Source: a virus. Taken from it: a stretch of 64,000 nt of DNA. Shown here one piece after another: positions 28,158-37,049 of this stretch (positions are counted from its first letter, which is position 1; each line of letters begins with the position of its first letter). The stretch lies in the IMG/VR virus record IMGVR_UViG_3300022777_000128; one strand, 5' to 3'. Both the position numbers and the translations under genes were made by a program. The notes under the pieces were generated by a model. It saw only the letters and a program-made list of their open reading frames with translations, was not told the DNA's origin and ran no database searches.

Positions 28158-29372
28158 TCAACCTTCGTAGTCTTCGACCGGCATGGTCCGATCTTCCTCG
28201 TGCTCCAGGTAGTAATTGTTCAGTGCGTTGATCTCCCGGTCGACCTCGAAGGGGCACTCCGGGCAATCGAACGTCGATTGGCCGCCAAGTTCTTCGTAGA
28301 CGTGCCCACAAGCGGAGCACCGCATCGACGCCTCGACCTCCGGGTCGACCACATGCACGTCGACGCCCGCCCACTCGGACTTGTACTTTAGCTGCCGGTA
28401 GATTTCGCCCATATTCGCATTGGCCATCCGGCGGTTGATCTTCCGCTCAATCTTCCGGGGCATGTCTTCGAATCCCTGCTCGAAGAGATCCGCGACATTC
28501 CAGTCCTGGATGATGAGGGTCTGGGGACGAATGTCGTAGGCGACCTTTGCGGTCAGCTTATGCGTCTGGTCCGAACGGAGGTGACGAAGCTGCTGGTAGG
28601 TCCGGGCAAGGTTCGTGCGTGCGCGTTCCCACCCGCCAGAGCCATTCGAGCGGCGGGATAGCTGCCGGTGCTGCCGGTCTGCCCGAGACATGAGGTCAAA
28701 CACGCGGTCCATCGGAAGGTCCTCTGTTCGAGCCGCGCGGGCGGCCTCTCGCATCGCTACCCACACGCGAACGCCCGGATGTACCGCAAGCGTGTCGGGC
28801 CGCTCCTCTTCTGGGGCGAGCCGATCTTCATCGATGGGATTTCCGACGACCGCCGAGGAGGAGATTACCCAGTGGCTCGCGTCTTTCTTGATCGTGACTC
28901 GCTTGTGGGAGACCTCTTCGCCGGTAGGGATGTAGTCGGGCTCGACGAGCTTGAGTCCCGGGCTCCGCATCTTCGGAAACTCGACGTGGGATCCGGAGAA
29001 GTCACAAGTGTATCCCTGGACCGAGAGCGTCGGGCCGTGGCGCTCGTAGCGCCGCTTCGGGTGGCCGGGACTCTCTCCGGCGGAGACGCGGCGGAAAAAC
29101 CCCTGGTACGCCTCGAAGAGGTCTTTGAGTGCGTAGTCGCCGACCTTCCGCGGAGCATCTGCCCAATGCGAAAAGCCGCCGTCCCCCCGCCTCTCCGTAA
29201 ACATGCGGCTCACTTCCGTCTTGGAAAGGTTCTTCCCCTCTTCCTCGTAGGCGCGCTCTTTTATCGAACGCGCCCAGTTGTAGATGCCCCGACGGATCCT
29301 CCCCCAGTGACGGAGGCGCTCGGCTTGCTCCTCGGTCGGTTCGATTCGGGTTTTGAATGCTTTTCGGCTCAT
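28158..29372 (-). CDS. tnpB: Nuclease-inactivated TnpB/Cas12f-like RNA-guided protein
   Basis: IS605 OrfB HTH (AFKTRIEPTEEQ..YNWA), REC/WED region and CSACG..CPEC zinc ribbon. RuvC motifs read LAVHPG (D>H), IIQDW (E>Q) and DREINA (D>E). Confidence 0.9.
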   Translation of the reverse strand: MSRKAFKTRIEPTEEQAERLRHWGRIRRGIYNWARSIKERAYEEEGKNLSKTEVSRMFTERRGDGGFSHWADAPRKVGDYALKDLFEAYQGFFRRVSAGESPGHPKRRYERHGPTLSVQGYTCDFSGSHVEFPKMRSPGLKLVEPDYIPTGEEVSHKRVTIKKDASHWVISSSAVVGNPIDEDRLAPEEERPDTLAVHPGVRVWVAMREAARAARTEDLPMDRVFDLMSRADRQHRQLSRRSNGSGGWERARTNLARTYQQLRHLRSDQTHKLTAKVAYDIRPQTLIIQDWNVADLFEQGFEDMPRKIERKINRRMANANMGEIYRQLKYKSEWAGVDVHVVDPEVEASMRCSACGHVYEELGGQSTFDCPECPFEVDREINALNNYYLEHEEDRTMPVEDYEG

Positions 29373-29411
29373 GGTCCTGTTTGCAGCCAATTAGAGAGTG
29401 AGCGAGTCCAG

Positions 29412-30284
29412 CCGTTGTCCCTGCGTGTGTAGCGAAACCCCCACCCTTCAAGCCGTCCGCTCGTTGTCCCTGTGCGCGTTGGAAAACCCTCAAGCTCTCC
29501 GTAAAACGGGGTCGGGTTCTGCCGCTGACCCTGCGTGCTTCAAGTAAACAGAAACCCACCCGACACCGCTGTCCCTGCGGGCGTGGAAAAGCCTTCTTCC
29601 ACGAGTCCCGTTGTCCCTGCGTGCAACACTGTCCTCCTGGGACCACCACCGTTGTCCCTGCGGCGTGGAGAAACCCTGCACACGCATCCAAGGGCGATCT
29701 TGACCGTTGTCCCTGCGCGTGTGGGGCGTCCCGGCTCCGCAGTGTGCACGTCCTTTTCTCCCTCCCGTTGTCCCTGCGCGTGTGGGGCGTCCCTTGGTTC
29801 TCCCTCTCTCTGCCGTCATCCCTGCGGTGATCTTCGCTACTGGCCGTCTCGTCGCCATCCCTGCGTGGGTGGAGAGGCCCGTGAGCCGGTCGGGTTTGTC
29901 CTGGTCGGAGGCCCGTTGTCCCTGCGCGTGTGGAGAAACCCACAATACCCTACCCTCGACGCTCACAGTCAGACCGTTGTCCCTGCGGGCGTGGAGGAAC
30001 CACCGACATGCAGCAGGGAGAGATTCCACGAGACCCGTTGTCCCTGCGCGAGTAGAGAAAACCAAGTCGAGTCGCTTGTGTGAACCGGCGCCGTTGTCCC
30101 TACGTGCGTGGGAAAACCGAATAATTCCGAACCTTCCGCCTGGGTCTTTCTTCCGTTGTCCCTGCGCGCGTGCAGAAACCCTAAGTCCTTCTGTGAGAGC
30201 CTCACTCTCCGAACCGTTGTCCCTGCGCGCGTAGAGAAGCCCAACAATCTCGGCGACGACCCCGAACTGCGCCCGTTATCCCTG
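29412..30284. CRISPR. Degenerate type I-E-like CRISPR array, 17 repeat cores, no cas genes
   Basis: Repeat about CCGTTGTCCCTGCGCGTGTGGAGAAACCC (29 nt) starting at 29412, 29461, 29522, 29566, 29608, 29649, 29704, 29765, 29813, 29852, 29913, 29974, 30035, 30091, 30153, 30214 and 30273. Six periods are exactly 61 nt and the spacers are unique. Confidence 0.88.
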
Positions 30285-30299
30285 GAAAGGAAAGAACAA

Positions 30300-30530
30300 A
30301 AAAGTGCCCCTCCCCGCGCAGGGTTCGACCATCAACCCGCTTGCACCGGGTCCGGCGACGCCCCGCAGGGAAGAGAAGCGGCGCGTTTCCCGGCGTCTTA
30401 TGTGCGGTCAAGTCGCTTTACGCGGGGATCTGTGTCCCGCTGGTTCCGGCCCAACGCTCCGTACCGTCCGGGGAGAGGCACATCTTAATGTCTCTTTCTT
30501 CGATACCTCGAAGTAAAGCAGCTTTAATAG
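30300..30530 (-). promoter_or_regulatory. Leader-like region with inverted partial repeats and a TAAAGC-A-GCTTTA palindrome
   Basis: Inverted repeat fragments at 30315-30323 and 30357-30371. Palindrome within 30512-30530 resembles the shared promoter motif. Confidence 0.45.
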
Positions 30531-30576
30531 GTTTCTATAAGGGAGGCTTCTTCACAGTTTCTAAACGATACCAGCC

Positions 30577-31044
30577 TCAAAATAGGCTCTCAAGCTCGGG
30601 CTCTTCCTTTATCTCTTGCAGGAGGGCCGTTTTGTCGAGCGTGCGGTTGTGCTCCAGCTTCAATGCGGCAATCTGGGCAGTTCGGTCGCCTCCATCCTCC
30701 ATGAAGGCAGAAACAAGCAGCATGAGCTTCTCCAGGTCCTTATCGTCGACGGTCTCGACCAACTCCCCGTCCTCGTTGAGACGGGCCGCGTAGCCCCACT
30801 CGTCCCCGGTCGGAATCTCATCGGCTTCAACCATCTCATTTGTGATCGGCTTGATGTCGAGCAAGTCCCAGGCATCGATGTCACAGCCGTAGAATACCTC
30901 TCGCCCGTCCTGGTCCAGGATGCGCCCGATGTCCGCCGCAAGATCGTCGAGCGTGCGGTGGATTCGGGTCGCGCCGTCGGGCTCTACGACCTGGAAGACA
31001 GTATCGTCGGTGAACGGAAGCTCATCGGTGGCCATGTCGCTCAT
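30577..31044 (-). CDS. Acidic hypothetical protein
   Basis: Tiles the operon. Confidence 0.6.
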   Translation of the reverse strand: MSDMATDELPFTDDTVFQVVEPDGATRIHRTLDDLAADIGRILDQDGREVFYGCDIDAWDLLDIKPITNEMVEADEIPTGDEWGYAARLNEDGELVETVDDKDLEKLMLLVSAFMEDGGDRTAQIAALKLEHNRTLDKTALLQEIKEEPELESLF

Positions 31045-31085
31045 CGGGCTGGCTCGGTGTTGTCGTCGGTGCCCCTCCTTGACTC

Positions 31086-31811
31086 CTACACGTCTCCGTC
31101 GGGATCAAATCCGTCCTCGCGGACCTTTCGGGCAATCTTTCTCACGCGCCCCTCCGAAAGGTGGCGCCCCTCCAGGACGGCTCCGAGAGAAGAAAACACC
31201 TTGAGCCCTGGCTTCCGGAGCGCGATCACGAACGGCGGGCGCCCGTCGGTTTCGAAGTGGAGACAGTACGGCTCGTCGAGCCCTTCGGTCACCTGTCCAA
31301 TCCAGAGCACGTCGCCGGTCGGGAGCATGTCGGAGTAGTCCGCGACTTTCTCGCACTCGTGCTCCGGTCTGGTGAAGCGTTCGATCTCGGGAGTATAGTC
31401 GTCGAGAGGATTATCCAGGCCCTCGCTGTCGAGGATCTCCTGGAGCTTTCCCTCGTCGAGTACGCCGTCACGCCACCGGTAGGCGACGTTATCCTGGTTG
31501 GATCTGTTGATAAGACTGTGCCTTTTCTCGTACTCCTCAATGAGAGGGCACTCCTTGTAGGCATCGTGACTCTCAAACCATTCCGCCCCTTCAATTTCTC
31601 GGCGGCGGAGGTTGACCGAACGAATCGGCATCTCTGTAATGTGAGAGACCTCATGGTCGGTCAATGCCCGCACCGTTACCCCTCCAATCTCAACACCGGA
31701 CCTCCACACCTCGAAATACAGGCAGATGAGGCGTGCCCGCTGCGTGTTGGACTTGGCAGTGCTGCGGATTGCGTGGAGCGCCTGGGCTCTGGTTTCGTCG
31801 GATAGGCTCAT
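31086..31811 (-). CDS. Hypothetical protein with HTH-like N-terminal half
   Basis: LTDHEVSHITEMPIRSVNLRRREI. Confidence 0.6.
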   Translation of the reverse strand: MSLSDETRAQALHAIRSTAKSNTQRARLICLYFEVWRSGVEIGGVTVRALTDHEVSHITEMPIRSVNLRRREIEGAEWFESHDAYKECPLIEEYEKRHSLINRSNQDNVAYRWRDGVLDEGKLQEILDSEGLDNPLDDYTPEIERFTRPEHECEKVADYSDMLPTGDVLWIGQVTEGLDEPYCLHFETDGRPPFVIALRKPGLKVFSSLGAVLEGRHLSEGRVRKIARKVREDGFDPDGDV

Positions 31812-31817
31812 GGTCCT

Positions 31818-32786
31818 TTAGGAATTTGGCTCATTGACGCGGTAGTCTTTCTTGACCTCCCCATTCTCTGCGCTCCCGCGGGTGTGCATTGGCCACCAGT
31901 AGGTTCCGGTGTGCTCCCCGAAGAGTGGTGCCTCCTCGGTGTAGGTCTTGAAGTGGCCGCGGCAGATATGCAGAGCACGGGAAACGCTGGGACCCCCTCC
32001 ACTGGACGAAGAGGCAGACTCTTCCTTCATTGGCTCGATTTCCAGAGTCTTGAAGGTCTGCCCTGGGTTCTGGCCCTTCGACTTCCGGTTTTCACGAACC
32101 GTCTGGTGCGGCCCGTCCTCCCCTACTTCCACGTTGTCGCAGTGGCAAAGACTAATGGCAAAGAAGAACGGGAAGGAAAACGAGTTTATGATGTGTGCCG
32201 CTTTGCTTCTTGATACGATGCCTCTCTTTATTGCCTTATATGATTCCTTCCCGGGCAGCACGACGCGACTGTCTGCGCCCATGATTTTGCCGTCCTCGTC
32301 CAGGAAGTCGATGGCTCCGCCAACATGCTTTACGAAGTTATTGCCACCGACGTAGAACCTACAGGACATCCACCATCGGGCATCTTCATTAGCTCGGACT
32401 TTCTCCATTTGCCCTTCCGTGATTTCGACATCACGGTTCGACGCACAGAGTAAGCTAAATACCGGATGGTCTTTTCCCTCCAACTCTTCGCCAACCTCTG
32501 CACCGACGATGTAGGCCCCGATGCGCTTCATTCCCTGGAAGACATTTTCTTTGACCTCCCCATTATTATTCACGGTGTTCGGAGGGACAAACTCTATCCA
32601 GGTAGCAGGCCACGGAGGAGCAACCCGTGGGAAGTCCTCATGAACGTGGTAGTTCTCTTGCTCATTGTCTCGATAGAACCACTTGGCTACTGGGGTGATG
32701 TCCACCGGCGTAAGCCAGTCGCGAAACCCTTCGTCCTCCCAGGCTGGTCCAAAAATCTCTTGCGCATGTCGAGTCAGCATTCGCAT
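31818..32786 (-). CDS. Phage protein with C-terminal H.RGH..W..H.RG motif, paralog of 50568-51467
   Basis: Both start MRMLT.H and end RGHFK.YTE.APLFG..TG..W.P.H.RG. Confidence 0.7.
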   Translation of the reverse strand: MRMLTRHAQEIFGPAWEDEGFRDWLTPVDITPVAKWFYRDNEQENYHVHEDFPRVAPPWPATWIEFVPPNTVNNNGEVKENVFQGMKRIGAYIVGAEVGEELEGKDHPVFSLLCASNRDVEITEGQMEKVRANEDARWWMSCRFYVGGNNFVKHVGGAIDFLDEDGKIMGADSRVVLPGKESYKAIKRGIVSRSKAAHIINSFSFPFFFAISLCHCDNVEVGEDGPHQTVRENRKSKGQNPGQTFKTLEIEPMKEESASSSSGGGPSVSRALHICRGHFKTYTEEAPLFGEHTGTYWWPMHTRGSAENGEVKKDYRVNEPNS

Positions 32787-32983
32787 AGGCTCTCGGTCCG
32801 TTGATTCTTGGTTTTGCGCGAAGTTAAGTAAATCGTCGTCCACCCGCCGACGACGAGCCCAAAAAGCAGGCTTCCGTTGAAGAAATGGGTGCGGAAAGCG
32901 GCATCGACGACAAGCACCCCGAGCGCCACGAGGCACGCCCCCAGCGTGAAAGACATTCCAGTGCGAATCATCTCGGCAGTCAT
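32774..32983 (-). CDS. Small two-TM protein
   Basis: Two hydrophobic segments. Confidence 0.5.
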   Translation of the reverse strand: MTAEMIRTGMSFTLGACLVALGVLVVDAAFRTHFFNGSLLFGLVVGGWTTIYLTSRKTKNQRTESLCEC

Positions 32984-32995
32984 GGCAGGTTGGAC

Positions 32996-34168
32996 CTATT
33001 CGATAGACATTGACTCCGGGCGGTCCTCGGGCTCGGGAATCGCTCGGTGCTCTCGGCCACGGAGCTTGTTTTCACCGCGGTCCTTCCCGACGAAGTACAT
33101 CTTCGAGACTGTCTTCGTCCCCTTCCGGATCGGCGCTTCTACCGTGGTGGAGCGTGCCTCTTGTGCTGCCTCCGCTTTCGGGTCCGGAAGGCTACTGATC
33201 GGCTTCCAGGCGCCCCACTGCTTGAAGAAGTACGGCACCCCCGCGCGGCTGCACTGGTCGCGAAGGTTGCGAAACCACTCGGGGTGCGGGGCGCGGGCGT
33301 TCTCGCCGCTCTCTCCGCCTGCAATTATCCAGTCGAGGGCGCGAACCTCTCCGTCAATCCCCGCGCCGGGGAAGTACAGCCCGTCGTCCTTCGAGCCGGA
33401 CAAGGCGTTGAAGTGCCACTCCTCGCCGGTCGCGGAGTCGATGGTCTCGACGTTGGTAAGGTCGACCGGCCCGATGATCGGCTCGACGCTCACGAACCGA
33501 ACAGCCGCGGGCGTGGAAAGGAGCGTCGGAATCCGGTCATTGGCCGCGCTCTGGTCCTCGGCGCTTACGCCGAGCCATGCGTTCTGGGGTGGCCACGCCT
33601 TGTCGTAGGTTGCAACCTCTCTCGCGCGGGTCTCGGCCCAGCCCTCATTGATCTGGTGCTCATTCTTGATGAGTCGGAGCATTCGCTTGCCAACGCGGGC
33701 GGGCGTGCCCGCAGCGGTAATGTAGCTCCGCATCTCCTCCGGTCTCTTCGTGAGAATGAGGAACCGGTGCGTTGGCGATAGAGCGATGGCCGCATACGTC
33801 TGGTCGATGATGTCGCGCGGGACCTCCTCGTGGTGGAGGTCGGTCATGGAGTTGACGAATGCGCAGCGCGGCTTCTCCCAGCGGATCGGCTGGTCGGCAT
33901 TCCGAATCTCGAACTCAATCTCCGAGAGGTTCTGGTGCTTGTACTCGTGGCCGGTCCCGAACTTGCCGAACGCGCCCTCCACGTTGAGCTTCTCGGCATA
34001 GCAATTTCGGCACCCCTCCGAGACATGCGTGCAGAACCATCCTCGCTTCCCGGATTCCTTATCGATGGCCGCGAGGGGATTCCAGGTCGCGCCCCGATAG
34101 CCGGGATGGTGCGTCCACTCGATGCCTGTGTCGTGGGAGCTTTCGGTGTCGATAGAAGTCGTCTTCAT
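32996..34168 (-). CDS. DUF5131 (phage Gp37/Gp68-like) protein
   Basis: TGIEWT..TWNP..CTHVSEGCRNCYA, FVNSMTDL, LILTKRPE, RFVSVEPIIGP, WIIAGGESG, FFKQWG. Confidence 0.88.
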   Translation of the reverse strand: MKTTSIDTESSHDTGIEWTHHPGYRGATWNPLAAIDKESGKRGWFCTHVSEGCRNCYAEKLNVEGAFGKFGTGHEYKHQNLSEIEFEIRNADQPIRWEKPRCAFVNSMTDLHHEEVPRDIIDQTYAAIALSPTHRFLILTKRPEEMRSYITAAGTPARVGKRMLRLIKNEHQINEGWAETRAREVATYDKAWPPQNAWLGVSAEDQSAANDRIPTLLSTPAAVRFVSVEPIIGPVDLTNVETIDSATGEEWHFNALSGSKDDGLYFPGAGIDGEVRALDWIIAGGESGENARAPHPEWFRNLRDQCSRAGVPYFFKQWGAWKPISSLPDPKAEAAQEARSTTVEAPIRKGTKTVSKMYFVGKDRGENKLRGREHRAIPEPEDRPESMSIE

Positions 34169-34172
34169 CGGC

Positions 34173-35120
34173 TCAAGAGTCGTTCGGGTCAAAAAATCGC
34201 TCCTGCTCGTGCTCGTACTCGGCAATCATTCGTTCGATAACCTGCGGGTCGGGTGCCTCTTCTACATCGTCGACGTAAGGCCAGAGCGGCAAATGCTTCC
34301 AGGTTTCCCCGATCAGCATGTCGTGAACCGTCTGGAAGGCATCGACCGGCGCCTCCGCCGTGAGATCCTTCAATGTCATATTCTCCCTGTTCTTAGACCA
34401 ACGCCTGCGGTGACGGAGGACAAGTGCCGGGGTGTACTTCTCCTCTCCTCCCTGGTCGGTCGAGCGCTCTTTACGCGACATATCTTGCATGTTCTGTTTG
34501 GGAGTCCCGAGAAAGAGGTGGTCTGGATTCACGCAGGCGCGGTTGTCGCAAGTATGAAGGATCTGGAGCCCAAACTGCGGGACCCCGTAATGCTGCCAAA
34601 AGCTGTAGTGGTGCGCCCGGTTCGCCTCGTTGCCCGTAGCTGTACCGTACCCGTTTTCCGTTTTGCCCTCCCACTCCCAACATTCGTCGTTGAACATCGG
34701 GCCGACCTTCTCCCAGAACTGCGTGCTGTAATCGGTACGAAACGAGTTCCAGGTCAACTCATGCCCGCGGCGCAGGAAGTGTGCGCGGAGAAAAATGATG
34801 TTGGTCGGGTGCCTGGAGGCTATCGAGCGCGGGGTTTCGCCGGACAGATCGTCCATATTTCTGCACCACCGGAGCGAATGGTCCATGTCGTTTGATCCGG
34901 GCACCTCGAAGCCCTGGGCCAAAAGCTCGGCGACGACCTCATCGTAGGGGACACGGAGCGCTCGTGCGATGCCGATTGGGGTTTTCGGGGCGCCCTCGCG
35001 CATTCCCTCAAATGCCTCGACGATCTCTGGACGGCGATGCTCCAGAGGCGTCGGGGCGAGGTCGATTTCGTAGGGAAAGCCTTCTGCGGTGTCTCGCATG
35101 ACAGTTCTTGGGGCGTTCAC
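34173..35120 (-). CDS. HNH endonuclease domain protein
   Basis: [42 protein letters not shown]. Confidence 0.85.
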   Translation of the reverse strand: MNAPRTVMRDTAEGFPYEIDLAPTPLEHRRPEIVEAFEGMREGAPKTPIGIARALRVPYDEVVAELLAQGFEVPGSNDMDHSLRWCRNMDDLSGETPRSIASRHPTNIIFLRAHFLRRGHELTWNSFRTDYSTQFWEKVGPMFNDECWEWEGKTENGYGTATGNEANRAHHYSFWQHYGVPQFGLQILHTCDNRACVNPDHLFLGTPKQNMQDMSRKERSTDQGGEEKYTPALVLRHRRRWSKNRENMTLKDLTAEAPVDAFQTVHDMLIGETWKHLPLWPYVDDVEEAPDPQVIERMIAEYEHEQERFFDPNDS

Positions 35121-35315
35121 TTGCTTGCGGGCAATCTCTTAAACGCCTTTTAAGTAATGGTTTCACGCGGGAGCGTGCCCGTGGGCGAATCTCTCGGCGG
35201 TTCAGCGCGTGAGGCTCAATCGAGGCCCAGTAAGGCGGATCTCTTCACAGTTTTGCAGCCTATTGCAAGGCTTTTCTACTGTGTGCAACACTCACTCTGG
35301 ATTATGTAGCCTGTG

Positions 35316-35702
35316 TTAAGACGCCCCTCCATCTCCGAAGAGCTTGCGCTGCGGGTCGATTTCCTCCTCCTCAAGGATCTCTTCTCGCCAGTCGGAAGAG
35401 GACTCCCAGGCGTCCTTGAGGTCGCTAAGTCTGTCGAGAATCTTGTGGGCTCGGCCCCAAAGCGAGTCTTTCTCACTGGATAGCTCCCCCTTGGTCCGCA
35501 CGATGAAGTACCCACTCTGACCAGAGGCGATGGGAACACCGAGAGCAATTAGGTCTCGGATCTTTTTGCGGACCGCCGGGGCCGTGGCGTGAGACGGGTT
35601 ATAGTTGAGCTTCGCGGCGATCTCCGTCGAAGAAATCGGCTCGCTGTCCCCCTCCGGAAGCAAGGTAAGGATCCGCCGGTGCGTGTGGGTAAATTCGGGC
35701 AC
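35316..35702 (-). CDS. Winged-HTH protein with QRKLF tail
   Basis: ISSTEIAAKL..VRKKIRDLIALGVPIASGQSGYFI. Paralog of 19075-19440. Confidence 0.7.
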   Translation of the reverse strand: MPEFTHTHRRILTLLPEGDSEPISSTEIAAKLNYNPSHATAPAVRKKIRDLIALGVPIASGQSGYFIVRTKGELSSEKDSLWGRAHKILDRLSDLKDAWESSSDWREEILEEEEIDPQRKLFGDGGAS

Positions 35703-35789
35703 GGTCCGTATTAGCTCGGTTGCAGATCAATGCCGTAGGCTGTCTATTAAAGGTCGGTAGCGCCTCCTCTCACAACTACCTCCACTACG

Positions 35790-36446
35790 ATGAGTAGAAA
35801 AGCCCCTGTTAGCAGCCGCGCTCCTTCCAATCCTCGTGGTCTCGGTCGCCCCTCCACGAACGGGCTCGCCCGTACCGGACTCGGGGAGCCCGCCGCCGGA
35901 AATGTCGAGCGCTGGAAGGCCCCGTTCAAGAAGTCCGGCTCGGTCAACATCTCGTCAGACCGAGTGGGCTTCCTTACCGACCCGGAGGGTCCGGGGCGAA
36001 CGAACTTCCAGGTCGACCCCGGCGACGTGATTCGCGCCCGGGTCAACGTCTCTACGTCCGGCAACATCAAAACTCGGCTCATGCTGACGCCCTCGAAGGG
36101 AGACGGGCCGATCTATGATAAAGGGGTCGTGACAAAGTGGGTGCAGGGCCAGAACATCCCGCTCCAGGCGTCGATCACTGTCCCGGATGGGATGAGTTGG
36201 ATGAGCGTCGCGCTCGACCAACCGAACTGGACTCCAGAGCAGATCCCAGAAGACTCGAACTACCCGTTCGAGTTCACCGGCGAGCAAATGACCGGGACAA
36301 TCTCCTGGCAGAACGCAAAAATTACGGTCAACCGCCCGCTTGACGGTGGCGGCACGCTTCTCGGCGGGTTCTCGGCTACCGACGCCCTGATCGGCGGCGG
36401 CGCGCTGGTTGGGGCCACGGTCCTGTTTGTGAGCTTGAGCAATTAG
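35790..36446 (+). CDS. Membrane-anchored beta-rich putative virion protein
   Basis: Basic N-terminus with RGLG and RTGLGEP, beta-sandwich-like core, C-terminal TM. Confidence 0.7.
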   Translation: MSRKAPVSSRAPSNPRGLGRPSTNGLARTGLGEPAAGNVERWKAPFKKSGSVNISSDRVGFLTDPEGPGRTNFQVDPGDVIRARVNVSTSGNIKTRLMLTPSKGDGPIYDKGVVTKWVQGQNIPLQASITVPDGMSWMSVALDQPNWTPEQIPEDSNYPFEFTGEQMTGTISWQNAKITVNRPLDGGGTLLGGFSATDALIGGGALVGATVLFVSLSN

Positions 36447-36452
36447 GGTCTG

Positions 36453-36977
36453 CTACAATCGGCGAAGCCCCTCGGGAACGACACGTTCGGCACGTTCCCC
36501 TGCGGCTCGGGCGATTTCCATGTACGTCTCTTTGTCGAGGCGGTCCTTCGCCTCCTCGACAAAAAATTGCTTCCAGGTCAGACCGTCGATCTTGCGAAGC
36601 GCCTCTTTGAACGACCCCTCGGGCACTTTTCCGGGATCGGCGCTCGGCTGCTCCGGGCTCGGCCTGCGGGACTGGAGCATCTGGATGTACTGGATCGTCC
36701 GCCCCATCGCTTTTTTCGCGTACTGGGCAGAATTAAACCAGTCCTGGTCCGCGTACTCTCCATCTTTGGCTGCTCGTTGACGAGCCTCCTGGAGTTGCGC
36801 CTCGATGTCGTCGATCCGCTCCTGGAGATGGAGCTTCATCTCCTGGAGTTGGTTCGCATTCATCTTCTGGAGCCGCCGCCGCTGCTCATTTTTGTCCATC
36901 TCCTTGAAGCGGTCGACGAAGGCGTCGGTAATCTCCTCGTTGATCCCGGAAGGACTCTCTGCTGGATTCGCTGTCAC
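36453..36977 (-). CDS. Coiled-coil hypothetical protein
   Basis: Helical ORF downstream of the promoter motif. Confidence 0.65.
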   Translation of the reverse strand: MTANPAESPSGINEEITDAFVDRFKEMDKNEQRRRLQKMNANQLQEMKLHLQERIDDIEAQLQEARQRAAKDGEYADQDWFNSAQYAKKAMGRTIQYIQMLQSRRPSPEQPSADPGKVPEGSFKEALRKIDGLTWKQFFVEEAKDRLDKETYMEIARAAGERAERVVPEGLRRL

Positions 36978-36997
36978 TGCGTTCGTGGAATCTGTTG

Positions 36998-37015
36998 CCG
37001 TTGCCCCTGCGCACG
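36998..37015. repeat. Solitary copy of the array repeat core
   Basis: CCGTTGCCCCTGCGCACG is 16/18 identical to the repeats at 30153 and 30214. Confidence 0.55.
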
Positions 37016-37016
37016 A

Positions 37017-37035
37017 ATTATAACACGTTCAATAC
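37017..37035 (-). promoter_or_regulatory. Promoter motif GTATTGAACGTGTTATAAT
   Basis: TG-extended TATAAT with the same layout as 18182-18200. Confidence 0.55.
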
Positions 37036-37049
37036 AGGGGTGTTTCGTC

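Noticed and set aside
28158-29372. Active IS200/IS605 or IS607 element
   Set aside because: No adjacent Y1 or serine transposase, no recognisable end hairpins, and RuvC is triply substituted. The resolvase is 8 kb away and lacks the IS607 N-terminal HTH.
29412-30284. Self-targeting by spacers: 13-nt match to 34926-34938, 11-nt match to 36983-36993 and 11-nt match to 40349-40359
   Set aside because: Matches of this length are expected by chance for about 16 spacers against 128 kb, and the flanks do not extend. The 36983 hit lies beside the solitary repeat core and is worth rechecking computationally.
29412-30284. Complete CRISPR-Cas immune locus, or a TIGR-Tas array
   Set aside because: No cas1/2/3/5/6/7 genes are in the window. 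There are no alternating dual repeats with box C/D motifs and no Nop-domain protein.
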